Shown here piece by piece: positions 27,371-37,518 of a stretch of DNA of 64,000 bases. The translations under genes were made by a program, and so were the position numbers. Within the stretch, counting starts at the first letter, position 1. The number at the start of each line of letters is the position of its first letter. The stretch comes from an uncultured Candidatus Entotheonella sp. Lineage in GTDB: Bacteria; Tectomicrobia; Entotheonellia; Entotheonellales; Entotheonellaceae. The stretch is taken from the NCBI GenBank assembly GCA_965215335.1, contig CBDCDA010000002.1, forward strand, positions 608,001 to 672,000, read 5' to 3'. The notes beneath the pieces are model-generated. The model was not told the origin of the DNA. It saw only the letters and a list, made by a program, of their open reading frames with translations, and made no database searches.

Positions 27371-28824
27371 CGGGTCAACGCCTCCGCCAGAACCGCTTTC
27401 AACTGCTCACGCAGGCTGGTGGTTTCGGCCTCCGCAGCGGCCAGCTTGGCCAGCAATGTTTCCGGGTCGCCGTGGTCGTCTTCATCCGTGTGAGGGTTCT
27501 TGACGTCGAGGTTGTAGCCGTGCGCCTTCACGTCTTCAGCCGTCACCTTCCAGGCGCGGTCCGTTGCCTTGCGGCCCTCGCGCTTCGGTCCGCCCCACCA
27601 GTCGATGCACCCTTGCAGGTGTTCCAGCCGGATGGGCCTGGTCATGGAATAGGCTTTCTGGCCCTCGGGCACGCGGTGCTCGTAGAACCAGATCTCCGTG
27701 GTCGGCGTGCCTTTCTCGAAGAACAACAGGTTGGTGCCGATGGCGGCGTAGGGCCGGAACACGGAGTTGGGCAGGCGGACGAGGGTGTGCAGATTGCACG
27801 TTTCCAGCAGGTGCTCCTTGATCCGCGTCTTGACGCCCTCGCCGAACAGGGAGCCGTCGGGCAGCACGACCGCGGCGCGGCCGCCCGGCTTCAGCAGGCG
27901 GATGATGAGGGCGAGGAACAGGTCGGCGGTTTCCTTGGTGCGGAAATGTGGTGGGAAGTTGCTCTCGATGCCGTCTTCTTCCTTGCCGCCGAAGGGCGGG
28001 TTGGTCAGCACGACGTCCACCCGGTCCTTCTGCTCCCAGCTGGCGTAGGGGCGGGCCAGGGTGTTGTCGTGGCGCACGAAGCCCGGATCTTCGATGCCGT
28101 GCAGCAGCATGTTGGTGACGCACAGCATGTGCGGCAGCTGCTTCTTTTCCACGGCGCGCAGGGCGACCTGCATCGTCCGTTCGTCCTCGGGCCGCCTGAC
28201 GTAGCGCTGGCGCATGTGGCGCAGGGCGCAGGTCAGGAAGCCACCGGTGCCGCAGGCCGGATCGAACAGGATTTCGCCGGGCTTGGGGTCGATGCGATCG
28301 GCCATGAAGGCGGTGACGGCACGCGGCGTGTAGTACTCGCCGGCGTTGCCGGCGGACTGCAGGTCGTTGAGGATCTGCTCGTAGATGTCACCGAAGTGCT
28401 GGCGCTCGGTCAGGTTGTTGAAGTCGATGTCGTTGATCTTGTTGATCACCTGCCGCATCAACTGGCCTGACTTCATGTAGTTGTAGGCGTCCTCGAACAC
28501 GTCGCGCACGACGCGGCGGCGGTCGCCGGGCTGGCCGGTGATTGGGAGCTGCTTCAGGACCGGGAACAGGTCGTTGTTGATGAAGGCGAGCAGGGCCTCG
28601 CCGGTGACGCCCTCGGGGTCGGCCGCCCAGGCGCGCCACTGGAAGCGCTGCGGGATGGGGGAGGCATAGCCTCCGTGCAGCAGTTCCAATTCCTGGTCCT
28701 GGTCGTCGATGATCTTGAGGAAGAACATCCAGCACAACTGGCTGATGCGCTGGGCGTCGCCGTCGACGCCGGTATCCTGGCGCATGACGTTCTGGACGGA
28801 TTTGACGAGGGTGCGGACAGACAT
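27367..28824 (-). CDS. hsdM: Type I R-M methyltransferase subunit
   Basis: GEYYTPR, DPACGTGGFL, LTNPPFGG. Confidence 0.96.
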   Translation of the reverse strand: MSVRTLVKSVQNVMRQDTGVDGDAQRISQLCWMFFLKIIDDQDQELELLHGGYASPIPQRFQWRAWAADPEGVTGEALLAFINNDLFPVLKQLPITGQPGDRRRVVRDVFEDAYNYMKSGQLMRQVINKINDIDFNNLTERQHFGDIYEQILNDLQSAGNAGEYYTPRAVTAFMADRIDPKPGEILFDPACGTGGFLTCALRHMRQRYVRRPEDERTMQVALRAVEKKQLPHMLCVTNMLLHGIEDPGFVRHDNTLARPYASWEQKDRVDVVLTNPPFGGKEEDGIESNFPPHFRTKETADLFLALIIRLLKPGGRAAVVLPDGSLFGEGVKTRIKEHLLETCNLHTLVRLPNSVFRPYAAIGTNLLFFEKGTPTTEIWFYEHRVPEGQKAYSMTRPIRLEHLQGCIDWWGGPKREGRKATDRAWKVTAEDVKAHGYNLDVKNPHTDEDDHGDPETLLAKLAAAEAETTSLREQLKAVLAEALTR

Positions 28825-28827
28825 GGG

Positions 28828-31248
28828 CTAGGCGGTCTCCTGGTAGAGGGCGGCTTGCAGGTCGTGGACCGCGGCAACGAATTGCGCCTTGCCGCCGAAG
28901 GCGTGGATCAGCTGGACCGGGGTGCCGAGTGTGTTGAGCGGCGGGATGCGCAGCACCGCGGTATCGTCCAGGTTGAGCAGCCCTTCGTCGGCGTATTTGA
29001 CGAGCAGGGCGTCGAGCACGGCGCGGGCCTGTTCGCCGTATTTGCCGAACACGTCGCGCTTCTTGACGGTATCGGCGCGCTCGTGGCGGGTCAGCGGCCT
29101 GGCGTCGAAGGCGACGTGGCAGATGAGATCGAAGGGATCGAGGTCCTTGTTCAGTTCCCTGACGATGGCGTCGAGCGCCAGGCCCTCGGCTGCCAGTTCG
29201 TCGATGATCGCCTGCTTGCGCTGCTCGGCTTTCCAGCGCCGCAGGAAGTCGTCGAGACTGGCGAAGCGTTTTTTCAGCGCCTTGCGGGTGAAGTCGCGCA
29301 GGGATTCGGTAACCAGCCTGCCGTACTCGTCGAGGTATTCCACCCGCTCGGCAATGATCGTGGCGTCGATGCCGTCCACGTAAACCTTGTACCCGCCAAC
29401 GGGGTACGGCAGAGGGCCCGGGACGTCATGGATGATGATTTCCCCGTCGTCGGGCTGCGGCGGTTCGGGTTCGCCGGCGTTGTCCGGGGGCGTGATGGGG
29501 TCGTCCTCGCCCGGCTCGTAAATCTGTACCGGCTCGCCGTCGAACTCCGGGTCGGCGAAATGGCCGGCGGCGCCGCGGAAGTCCATCAGGGTGAAGTAGA
29601 ACTTCTGCGTGTCTTCATGCACGCGGGTGCCACGCCCGACGATCTGCTTGAACTCGGTCATGGAGCCGATCAGGCGGTCGAGCACGATCAGCCGGCAGGT
29701 CTGTGCATCGACGCCGGTGGACAGCAGCCGCGAGGTGGTGACCAGCACGGGGTAAACCGATTCCGGGTCGATGAAGTTGCCGAGTTCGGCCTGTCCTTCG
29801 GGGTCGCCACCGGTGATGCGCATGACGTAGCGGTGGTTCTGGGCCATGAGGTCGGCGTTTTCGTTGATGAGAGCCTGGCGCATGCGCGCGGCGTGTTCCT
29901 GGTCAACACAGAAGAGGATCGTCTTCTGGAAGTGGTCGCCGCTTTCCTTCAGGAATTCGGTGACCTTGCGGGCGACGAGCCTGGTCCGTCCATCCAGCAC
30001 CAGGTTGCGGTCGAAATCCCGCGTGTTGTAGAGGTGGTCTTCGACTTCCATGCCATCGCGGTCGAGTTGGCCTTTTTCGGGGCGGTAGCCTTCCACGTCG
30101 CGGTCGACGTGGACCTTGATGACCTTGTACGGGGCGAGGAAGCCATCGCGGATGCCTTGTTTCAGAGAGTAGGTATAGACGGGCTCGCCAAAGTAATGGA
30201 TGTTGGAAACGTAGCGGGTTTCCCGGGGTGTGGCGGTCAGGCCGACCTGCGTGGCGGTGCTGAAGTATTCGAGAATTTCGCGCCAGGTCGAATCCTCGGC
30301 GGCGCTGCCGCGGTGGCACTCGTCGATCACGATGAGGTCGAAGAAGGTGGGCGAGAACGCGCGGAAAAGCTTCTGGTGTTCCTCCGGGCCGGTGATGGCC
30401 TGATAGAGGCCGAGGTAGATTTCGTAAGCGGTGTCGATGCGGCGTTTCTTGTCGATGGCAGTGCCAACCGGCGAGCCGTCCTGGCGTTCGATGGTGCCGG
30501 CATGGGTCGAGAGCTTGGCCATGGCCGGGCCGAAGGGCCGGAAGTCATTGACCATCGTCTGATCGACCAGGACGTTGCGGTCGGCCAGGAACAGGATGCG
30601 TTTCTTGCGGCCCGCCTTCCATAGTCGCCAGATGATCTGAAACGCAGTGTAGGTCTTGCCGGTTCCGGTCGCCATGACCAACAGAACGCGATCGCGGCCC
30701 TTGGCGATGGCCTCGATGGCGGCGTTGATGGCGCTGGTCTGGTAATAACGCGGCGCCTTGCCGCTGCCGTCATTGAAATAATCTTGCAGGACGACGGTTT
30801 CGGCTTCGGGCGTCAAGCCCTTCCAGGCGCGGAAGCGCGCCCACAGGTCGCCCGGCGACGGAAAGGCATCCAAGGCAAGCGTGGTTTCCGGGATCGAGCT
30901 GGTTGCGGTGCGGTCGTGGAAGACGAAGCCGTCGCCGTTGGACGAAAACACGAAGGGGATGTCGAGGGTGACGGCGTAGTCGAGCGCCTGCTGCATACCG
31001 TCGCCGATGGCGTGGTTGTTGTCCTTGGCCTCGAGCAGCGCGATGGGAAGGTTGGGCTTGTAATAGAGGAGGTAATCGGCGCGCTTGCCCTTGCCGCGGC
31101 TGACCAGCTTGCCGCGCACGATGATACGGCCCTTGGTAAAGCTGACCTCCTCGCGGATTTGCGTCATCTCGTCCCACCCGGCCTTGCGCAAGGCCGGGGT
31201 GATGAACTTGGTGCAGATGTCGCGCTCGCTGAGGCTTTTCTTGTCCAT
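28828..31248 (-). CDS. hsdR: Type I R-M restriction subunit (EcoAI/EcoEI-like)
   Basis: SERDICTKFITPAL, ADYLL..LEAK, MATGTGKT, IDECHRG, GLTATP, FKQIVGRGTR. Confidence 0.96.
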   Translation of the reverse strand: MDKKSLSERDICTKFITPALRKAGWDEMTQIREEVSFTKGRIIVRGKLVSRGKGKRADYLLYYKPNLPIALLEAKDNNHAIGDGMQQALDYAVTLDIPFVFSSNGDGFVFHDRTATSSIPETTLALDAFPSPGDLWARFRAWKGLTPEAETVVLQDYFNDGSGKAPRYYQTSAINAAIEAIAKGRDRVLLVMATGTGKTYTAFQIIWRLWKAGRKKRILFLADRNVLVDQTMVNDFRPFGPAMAKLSTHAGTIERQDGSPVGTAIDKKRRIDTAYEIYLGLYQAITGPEEHQKLFRAFSPTFFDLIVIDECHRGSAAEDSTWREILEYFSTATQVGLTATPRETRYVSNIHYFGEPVYTYSLKQGIRDGFLAPYKVIKVHVDRDVEGYRPEKGQLDRDGMEVEDHLYNTRDFDRNLVLDGRTRLVARKVTEFLKESGDHFQKTILFCVDQEHAARMRQALINENADLMAQNHRYVMRITGGDPEGQAELGNFIDPESVYPVLVTTSRLLSTGVDAQTCRLIVLDRLIGSMTEFKQIVGRGTRVHEDTQKFYFTLMDFRGAAGHFADPEFDGEPVQIYEPGEDDPITPPDNAGEPEPPQPDDGEIIIHDVPGPLPYPVGGYKVYVDGIDATIIAERVEYLDEYGRLVTESLRDFTRKALKKRFASLDDFLRRWKAEQRKQAIIDELAAEGLALDAIVRELNKDLDPFDLICHVAFDARPLTRHERADTVKKRDVFGKYGEQARAVLDALLVKYADEGLLNLDDTAVLRIPPLNTLGTPVQLIHAFGGKAQFVAAVHDLQAALYQETA

Positions 31249-31268
31249 GTGGGCCAGATCTCACCCTT

Positions 31269-31499
31269 TCAGGCCAACACCTCGGGGACCTGCACCTCCA
31301 CGAATTCCGCGAACGTTTGCGGCTCCGGTATCGGAAGCCCGTCTTCCCGCAAACCCTCCAGATGAAACGCAATCGCCTCCCGCATGTTCTGAGCGGTCTC
31401 TTCTCTTGTCTTGCCCGTGGCCACGCAGCCGGGCAAGTCGGGCACATAGGCCGAGTAGTTGTTCGTCGCCTTTTCGATGATCACCGCGTATTTCATCAT
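31269..31499 (-). CDS. hicB: HicB-family antitoxin
   Basis: YAVIIEK...YSAYVPDLPGCVATGKT.EE...MREAIAFHLEGL. Confidence 0.92.
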   Translation of the reverse strand: MMKYAVIIEKATNNYSAYVPDLPGCVATGKTREETAQNMREAIAFHLEGLREDGLPIPEPQTFAEFVEVQVPEVLA

Positions 31500-31693
31500 T
31501 CACTCCTCTGCAATCCAGCCTGCTTCAAGATACCGCGCCACGTTCCCGGTGCCAGATCCTCGTTCTGATGACCCGGAATCGTTACTCGCCCGGCTTTGAC
31601 CGGATGCTTGTACTGCCGGTGGCTTCCTCGAATCCGCACCAGGCGCTAACCGTCCCGTTGAATCAACGCGATGGCGTCACGTACTTTGGGCAC
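31496..31693 (-). pseudogene. hicA: HicA-family toxin with an in-frame TAG at 31646-31648
   Basis: MPKVRDAIALIQRDG*RLVRIRGSHRQYKHPVKAGRVTIPGH..DLAPGTWRGILKQAGL; stop falls at the usual DGW Trp. Confidence 0.88.
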
Positions 31694-31754
31694 GTCTTCT
31701 GCTCGAATGCCGCGCGTTGATTGTCCAGGAATGGCAGGAGCAGAACCCAACTCG

Positions 31755-32282
31755 TCAATTTTGCACGGCCTGTTCGGAGGCGCCTTGGTCGAACCCCAAC
31801 GCCCGTTCCGGCTCGTGCACGTGCATGAGGAAAATCTTCCAGGCGCCATCCTGGCGCAGCAGCGTGTAGGTCGCGGCGCCCCGATGAAGCAGTTCGCCCG
31901 TGTTCTTGATGCGCTTGAACACGGTGCTGACGAGGGCGGTGTCGTCGCTCATCGGCTGCGCGTTCACGGATACCCATTCGGTATGGTCGTAGCCGTTGTA
32001 ATTGAGGGTGCGCTTCCACCGGCGCACCGTGCGCCGGATCTTTTCGGGGGTCTCGAACTCGGTGAGCACGCCATGCGGCGCCAGCAGGTACATGGGGGCA
32101 TGATGCAGCGAGGCGATGTAGCGGGAAGATTGGCTGTCGAAGCTGTCGAGATAGTGGTTCATGAAGGCCAGGACGTCGTCCCTGGTATCCGCCTGAGCGG
32201 TCGCCGCCACCAGAAGAAACCCTGCCAAGGCCGATAGCCATGCGTTGCGATAAGCGGCGCGCGCCCGGTGCCCGTCCGTCAT
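31755..32282 (-). CDS. Exported NTF2/SnoaL-like protein
   Basis: Signal peptide (LLVAATAQA), C-terminal TYTLLRQDGAWKI. Confidence 0.65.
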   Translation of the reverse strand: MTDGHRARAAYRNAWLSALAGFLLVAATAQADTRDDVLAFMNHYLDSFDSQSSRYIASLHHAPMYLLAPHGVLTEFETPEKIRRTVRRWKRTLNYNGYDHTEWVSVNAQPMSDDTALVSTVFKRIKNTGELLHRGAATYTLLRQDGAWKIFLMHVHEPERALGFDQGASEQAVQN

Positions 32283-32300
32283 TCTTTTCCACCTCCATGC

Positions 32301-32343
32301 AAAAAAACGGGAGAAAGAGCCCGATAAGCCCCCTTCTCCCGTT
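32301..32343 (-). terminator. Rho-independent terminator after the PQQ dehydrogenase gene
   Basis: AACGGGAGAA...TTCTCCCGTT stem; A7 on + strand gives a U-tract on the minus strand. Confidence 0.75.
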
Positions 32344-32366
32344 GGTCTCAGGTCAGATCAGCAGCC

Positions 32367-34130
32367 TTAGGGCAGCTCGAAGACCCATACGACACCACCT
32401 TGCGGCACGTGTTCCGCGTAACCCGGAATCTCCCGCCGCAGGATGTCCTGCTTGCGTTCCGCGTCAACACCCCAGCCGGACACCACGGCGACGTACTGCT
32501 TGCCGTTCAGCGTGTAGGTGCTCGGGGGAGCGCCGATACCGGAGTTGGTGGGGTACTCCCACAGCACCGCACCGCTCGCCGCGTCATAGGCGCGGAACAT
32601 GCGGTCGTTGGTGCCGCCGGCGAATAGCAGGCCGCCGCCGGTGGACAGGATCGGACCCCAGTTGTGGTGCTTGAAGGTGTGCTTCCACACCTCGTTCTTG
32701 TTGCTCACGTCCCAGGCCTGGATTTCGCCGATGTGCTCCCAGCCTTCACGCAGGTAGAAGCCTTCGACCAGTTCCGGGATGTTCACGCCGAGCCACAGCT
32801 CACCGGCAACGTATTCCGACTCATCGCCGGCCATGGTGCTGCAGATGTTCTCGTTGGCCGGGATGTAGAGCAGGCCGCTGGCCGGGCTGTACGACACGTA
32901 CGGCCAGTCCTTGCCGCCCCACAGGGAGGGGCAGAACGGCGCGCTCACGTTCGTCTTCGGCCAGTGGGCGTCATCATAAGTGAAGCGTCCGGTCTCGGGA
33001 TCAATGGCGGTAACCACGTCGTTGTACACGTAGGTCCACGCGTCGACGAACCCGATGGGGCCTTCCGGGGAGGGTTCCAGAACGAAAATGTGGCCGTTGC
33101 GCGCCACGTTGACGAGGGCCTTGAAGGTACGGCCGCCGTAGGTGAGATCAGCGAGAACCGGCGGGGAAACCTCGTCCCAGTCCCAGGAATCGTTCCAGTG
33201 ATACTGGTGGTGGCCGATGATCTGGCCGCTTTCGAGATTCAGGGCGATAACGGAGGTGGTGTACAGATTATCCAGGCTGCCGCGCCGGTCGCCGGCCCAT
33301 GGTGCGCCGTTGCCAACGCCCCAGTAGACGATGCCGGTCTCGGCATCGAAGATGCCGGTGCTCCAGGTGGAGCCGCCGCCCGTCTGCCAGGAGTCTGCCG
33401 TCCAGGTCTCATGGCCCGGCTCGCCAGGAGCGGGGATCGTGTAGGTACGCCACGCCTGGGTGCCGTCGTCCACATTGTAGGCTGCTACGTAACCGCGGAT
33501 GCCGAACTCGCCGCCGGATACGCCAACGAGCACCTTGCCCTGAGCGGTCAGGGGCGCCAGGGTCATGTAGTAACCCGTCTGGTAGTCGTCGACCGCCACT
33601 TCCCAATTCACCTCGCCGGTCTTGGCGTCGAGCGCCACCAGGAAGCAGTCCGTGGTGGCCACGAACACCTGGTCGCCATACAGGCCGGGGCCGCGGTTGG
33701 TCGGGTGAATCTCGACCAGATCCTCGGGCTTCTCACGCCTGTAGCGCCAAATCTCCGCACCGGTCGCCGCGTCGAGAGCAATCACCTGGTTGCTCGGCGT
33801 GGTGACGAACATGACGCCGTCGTTGACGACGGGCGGTGCCTGGTGGCCTTCCACCACGCCAGTCGAGAACAACCACGACGGCCGCAGGCTCGCCACGTTG
33901 CCGGTGTTGATCTGATCCAGGGAGCTATGCATCCAGCCTTGGTAGTTGCCGCGAATCTGCAGCCAGTTATGCGGTTCCTGGTTGGCCAGCCGCTCGTCCG
34001 TTACGGTACTGTAATCCGCTATCGGTCCCGGCGTCGGAGTCGGCGGAACATCCTGGGCCGCGGCGCTGAACGCCATGGCCAGGCTGATCACGAACGCGAC
34101 CGCCAGGGCCGTGAAGGTTCTACTGGACAT
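32367..34130 (-). CDS. PQQ-dependent dehydrogenase (methanol/ethanol family), periplasmic
   Basis: Signal peptide; SLDQINTGNV, ALDAATG.EIW, SGGEFGIRG, WGVGNGAPW, WDWDE, TYTLNGKQYVAV. Confidence 0.92.
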   Translation of the reverse strand: MSSRTFTALAVAFVISLAMAFSAAAQDVPPTPTPGPIADYSTVTDERLANQEPHNWLQIRGNYQGWMHSSLDQINTGNVASLRPSWLFSTGVVEGHQAPPVVNDGVMFVTTPSNQVIALDAATGAEIWRYRREKPEDLVEIHPTNRGPGLYGDQVFVATTDCFLVALDAKTGEVNWEVAVDDYQTGYYMTLAPLTAQGKVLVGVSGGEFGIRGYVAAYNVDDGTQAWRTYTIPAPGEPGHETWTADSWQTGGGSTWSTGIFDAETGIVYWGVGNGAPWAGDRRGSLDNLYTTSVIALNLESGQIIGHHQYHWNDSWDWDEVSPPVLADLTYGGRTFKALVNVARNGHIFVLEPSPEGPIGFVDAWTYVYNDVVTAIDPETGRFTYDDAHWPKTNVSAPFCPSLWGGKDWPYVSYSPASGLLYIPANENICSTMAGDESEYVAGELWLGVNIPELVEGFYLREGWEHIGEIQAWDVSNKNEVWKHTFKHHNWGPILSTGGGLLFAGGTNDRMFRAYDAASGAVLWEYPTNSGIGAPPSTYTLNGKQYVAVVSGWGVDAERKQDILRREIPGYAEHVPQGGVVWVFELP

Positions 34131-34347
34131 AATCCCTCCTTAAAAGAGTGGAATCGTTCCCAAACGGGAACGTACTTGCTTTCTGCGATGGCAGACAGCA
34201 TAGCGGCTGGTCTTGCGACTGGCAATGAAAAAAACGGCTGCCGGGCTTGCCGGAGGCTCGGTTTACATCCTTTCGGCGAGCACGTAGAGTAGCGGGCCTT
34301 GTTGGCCCGCCCATGATTCCCGGCTCGTCACGGAGGCAAAGCAGGCG

Positions 34348-35958
34348 ATGCAGCAGAGCGCTGCGGTACGGACGACCCCCGCCGGCAAGTGGATCATTGC
34401 CGGCACCGTGGTTCTGGGCTCGTTCGTGTCGGTGATGGACATCAGCATCGTCAACGTGGCGATGCCGCAGATGATCAGCACCTTCGGCGTGTCGCTGGAC
34501 GCCATCACCTGGGTAGCGGTGGCCTACAGCATCACCGAGATCATCCTCGTCACCATGGCCGCCTGGTTCAGCACCCTGATGGGCCGCAAGCGCTTCTTCA
34601 TCGCCTCTTTCATTCTGTTCACCGCCGCCTCCCTCCTGTGCGGCCTGGCCCGCTCCCTCGAAATGATGATCCTGGCGCGCATCCTGCAAGGCATCGGCGG
34701 CGGCGGGCTCATCCCGGTATCGCAGGCCATCATGCTGGAGACCTTCCCGGAGGAGGAACGCGGCATGGCGATGGCGCTGTTCGCCACGGGGGTGAGTATC
34801 GCGCCGGCAGTCGGACCGGTGCTGGGCGGCTGGCTGACCGACCAGTACGGCTGGCCGTGGATTTTCTACATCAACCTGCCGCTGGGAGCTATCGGCGTCG
34901 GCCTGTCCATCGTCGTGCTTGCCGACCCGCCACACCTGCAACGCACCCTGGCGCGCATCGACGTGCCGGGCATCATTCTGCTGGCCGTGGGTCTGACGGC
35001 CCTGCAACTGTTCCTGGAGCGCGGCGAGCGCGAGCAGTGGTTCGATTCGTCCTTCATCGTGATGCTGGCAGCCATCGCGGGGGTATCCCTGGCGGTACTG
35101 GTGGTGTGGGAACTGTCTGCCGAGGAGCCGGTCATCCACCTGCGGCTGCTCAGGAACGTGCCCTTCAGCGCCGGTATCGGCATGGGGTTCTTGTTCGGTA
35201 TCACCCTGTTCGGCAGCGTCTTCGTACTGCCGTTGTTCCTGCAGCGCCTGCAGGGCTATTCGGTGATGGATTCAGGGCTGCTGCAGCTGCCGCGCGCGCT
35301 GATCATGCTGGTGGTGACACCCATCGCCGGACGGCTTTACAACTCGGTGGACAGCCGCCTGCTCATCAGCTTCGGCGTGCTGCTGATGATGGTGGGCTAT
35401 CTGGACATGTCGGGCTTCACGCTGGACATGGGCTGGACGCACATGATGACCAGTTTTCTGCTCACTGGCGCCGGCATGTCGTTCATGTTCGGGCCGATGT
35501 CGGCGGTAGTCATGCGCACCGTGCCGCTGCGGTCCCTGACCGCAGCCACCAGCCTGTACACGCTCGGGCGCCGGATCGGCGGTAACGTCGGTTACGCCCT
35601 CGTCGCCAGCCAGGTGCATCATCGGGCCGCCTTTCACAAGGCTCGCCTCGCGGATCACGTGACGCCCTACGACACCAGCACGCATCAACTGCTCGACGGA
35701 CTCGCTGGACGGCTCGGCAGCGGCCCCGGCCTGGCGCCGGGAACGGCGGAGCGCGGCGCCCTGCGACTGCTGGACGGCACCGTGACCCGCCACGCCACCA
35801 TGATGGCCTACAACGACGTGTTCTGGATGATGGGCATGCTGTTCATTCTGAGCATTCCGTTCCTGCTGATGCTCAGTCGCGGCAGCGGCCGCCCCGCCCA
35901 GACCCGCAAAGCGGCGGAACAGCGCGGAGAGGCCGTCAGCCGACGGCGAGGGCCTTGA
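34348..35958 (+). CDS. DHA2 (EmrB/QacA) MFS efflux transporter
   Basis: MDISIVNVAMP, ARILQGIGGG, GPVLGGWLTD..GWPWIFYINLP; many TM segments. Confidence 0.93.
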   Translation: MQQSAAVRTTPAGKWIIAGTVVLGSFVSVMDISIVNVAMPQMISTFGVSLDAITWVAVAYSITEIILVTMAAWFSTLMGRKRFFIASFILFTAASLLCGLARSLEMMILARILQGIGGGGLIPVSQAIMLETFPEEERGMAMALFATGVSIAPAVGPVLGGWLTDQYGWPWIFYINLPLGAIGVGLSIVVLADPPHLQRTLARIDVPGIILLAVGLTALQLFLERGEREQWFDSSFIVMLAAIAGVSLAVLVVWELSAEEPVIHLRLLRNVPFSAGIGMGFLFGITLFGSVFVLPLFLQRLQGYSVMDSGLLQLPRALIMLVVTPIAGRLYNSVDSRLLISFGVLLMMVGYLDMSGFTLDMGWTHMMTSFLLTGAGMSFMFGPMSAVVMRTVPLRSLTAATSLYTLGRRIGGNVGYALVASQVHHRAAFHKARLADHVTPYDTSTHQLLDGLAGRLGSGPGLAPGTAERGALRLLDGTVTRHATMMAYNDVFWMMGMLFILSIPFLLMLSRGSGRPAQTRKAAEQRGEAVSRRRGP

Positions 35959-35959
35959 T

Positions 35960-36131
35960 CTGGACGGCCAGCAGCTTCGCCTTCCACGATCTGGTAGCGC
36001 CGCCCGCTGATGACGCCGGGAAAGCGCTCCGGCGCCTTGGGCAGATGGTCCTCGTTGTACCAGCGGTTGAACGCTGCCTCCGCCTCCGGCTTCACCTTTC
36101 GCCATGACGACGAACAACCCTTTCTTGTCCA
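35960..36131 (-). pseudogene. Remnant of a small EthD/DUF4286-like protein
   Basis: MDKKGLFVVMAK then, in another frame, VKPEAEAAFNRWYNEDHLP...PGVISGRRY. Confidence 0.5.
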
Positions 36132-36567
36132 TTCCTGAGACCTCCATGCGGGCTCTGGTTGACAGGTTTTGGTCCCATCAGCCGGAATGCGCCACCCGGC
36201 GCATCCGGCATCAGCAACACGCACCGGCAGTTCTTCAACGCCTTGATTGACGGGCGTGCCAGCAACGTCAATCGCCGCGCTTTCACCCCCCGACAGTCCG
36301 CCAGGACGGCGCAGTGCTTTCCAAGACACGACGCCGGACGGACCATAATGCCATTTGCCGCGTCCGTTCGCGCCTCGACTGACGGTTTCGACACCATCGG
36401 CGAATCGCAACCGCACCGACATCACCTGACTTGTTCGAGCCGGACTTCCGGGGACTCACTCCGATTTTGATCTTTCCGCTTCCTGAAGGCAAAATTGCCG
36501 GGCAGACAGCGAAACGACAGAGCGGGCATGGATTGCCCGGCGGGGCCTGATCGGTTAAAGGATACGG

Positions 36568-37518
36568 ATGGAATTCAAGGACTACTATCAGACGCTGGGA
36601 GTTGGGCGTGACGCCGGACCGGACGAGATCAAGCGCTCGTACCGCCGGCTCGCACGCAGATATCATCCAGACGTGAACAACGAACCGGGGGCGGAACAAC
36701 GCTTCAAGGAGATCCAGGAGGCCCACGAGGTGCTCAAGGATCCGGAAAAGCGTGCCGCGTACGACCGCTTCGGAGCCGACTGGAAGGCCGGCCAGGAATT
36801 CCGGCCCCCGCCCGATTGGGCGCCCGGTGTCGATTTTGCCGGTGGCGGGTACACCGATGCCGGGGACTTCAGCGATTTCTTTGAATCGTTGTTCGGTGGC
36901 GCCGGACACCGGCGCTCGGGTGGCGGACACACCCACGTCCGCATGAAAGGTGAAGACCTCCACGCCAAGGTCGTGATGCCGCTCGAAGACGTCTATCGCG
37001 GCACGACACGCAGCCTGTCCCTCCAGCGCCCGGAACTCGACGAGCGGGGTCGTTTGGTCACCCGGACGCACACGCTGAACGTGAAGGTCCCAAGAGGCGT
37101 CACCGAGGGTCAGCGTATCCGGCTCGCCGGTCAGGGCGGTCCGGGACTGGGCGGCGCATCGGCGGGTGACCTGTACCTCGAGGTGGTTCTCGAACCCCAC
37201 CGGCTCTATCACGTCGTCGGGCGCGACGTGTACGTCGACCTGCCTGTCGCGCCATGGGAAGCCGCTCTCGGTGAGACCGTTACCGTGCCGACCCTTGGCG
37301 GCACGGTGGATCTCAAGATCCCGTCGGGCTCGCAGTCGGGGACCAGCCTGCGGCTGCAAGGGCGGGGGCTGCCCGGCACCCCGGCCGGTGACCAGTATGT
37401 CGTGCTGAAAGTCCTGGCACCGAAGGCGGAAACGGAAAGAGCGCGTGCGCTGTATGCTCAGATGAAGCGTGAGATGGCGTTCAACCCGCGAGCGAACCTT
37501 GAAGGAAGAACCGAATGA
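36568..37518 (+). CDS. cbpA: DnaJ-class curved DNA-binding chaperone
   Basis: MEFKDYYQTLGV, YHPD, no Zn finger, DnaJ C-terminal domain; followed by cbpM. Confidence 0.93.
   Translation: MEFKDYYQTLGVGRDAGPDEIKRSYRRLARRYHPDVNNEPGAEQRFKEIQEAHEVLKDPEKRAAYDRFGADWKAGQEFRPPPDWAPGVDFAGGGYTDAGDFSDFFESLFGGAGHRRSGGGHTHVRMKGEDLHAKVVMPLEDVYRGTTRSLSLQRPELDERGRLVTRTHTLNVKVPRGVTEGQRIRLAGQGGPGLGGASAGDLYLEVVLEPHRLYHVVGRDVYVDLPVAPWEAALGETVTVPTLGGTVDLKIPSGSQSGTSLRLQGRGLPGTPAGDQYVVLKVLAPKAETERARALYAQMKREMAFNPRANLEGRTE

Noticed and set aside
28675..30624. 649-aa plus-strand ORF (similarly 32664-34292, 43853-46111, 56775-58223, 62144-63715)
   Set aside because: Antisense shadows of well-supported genes, expected in high-GC DNA
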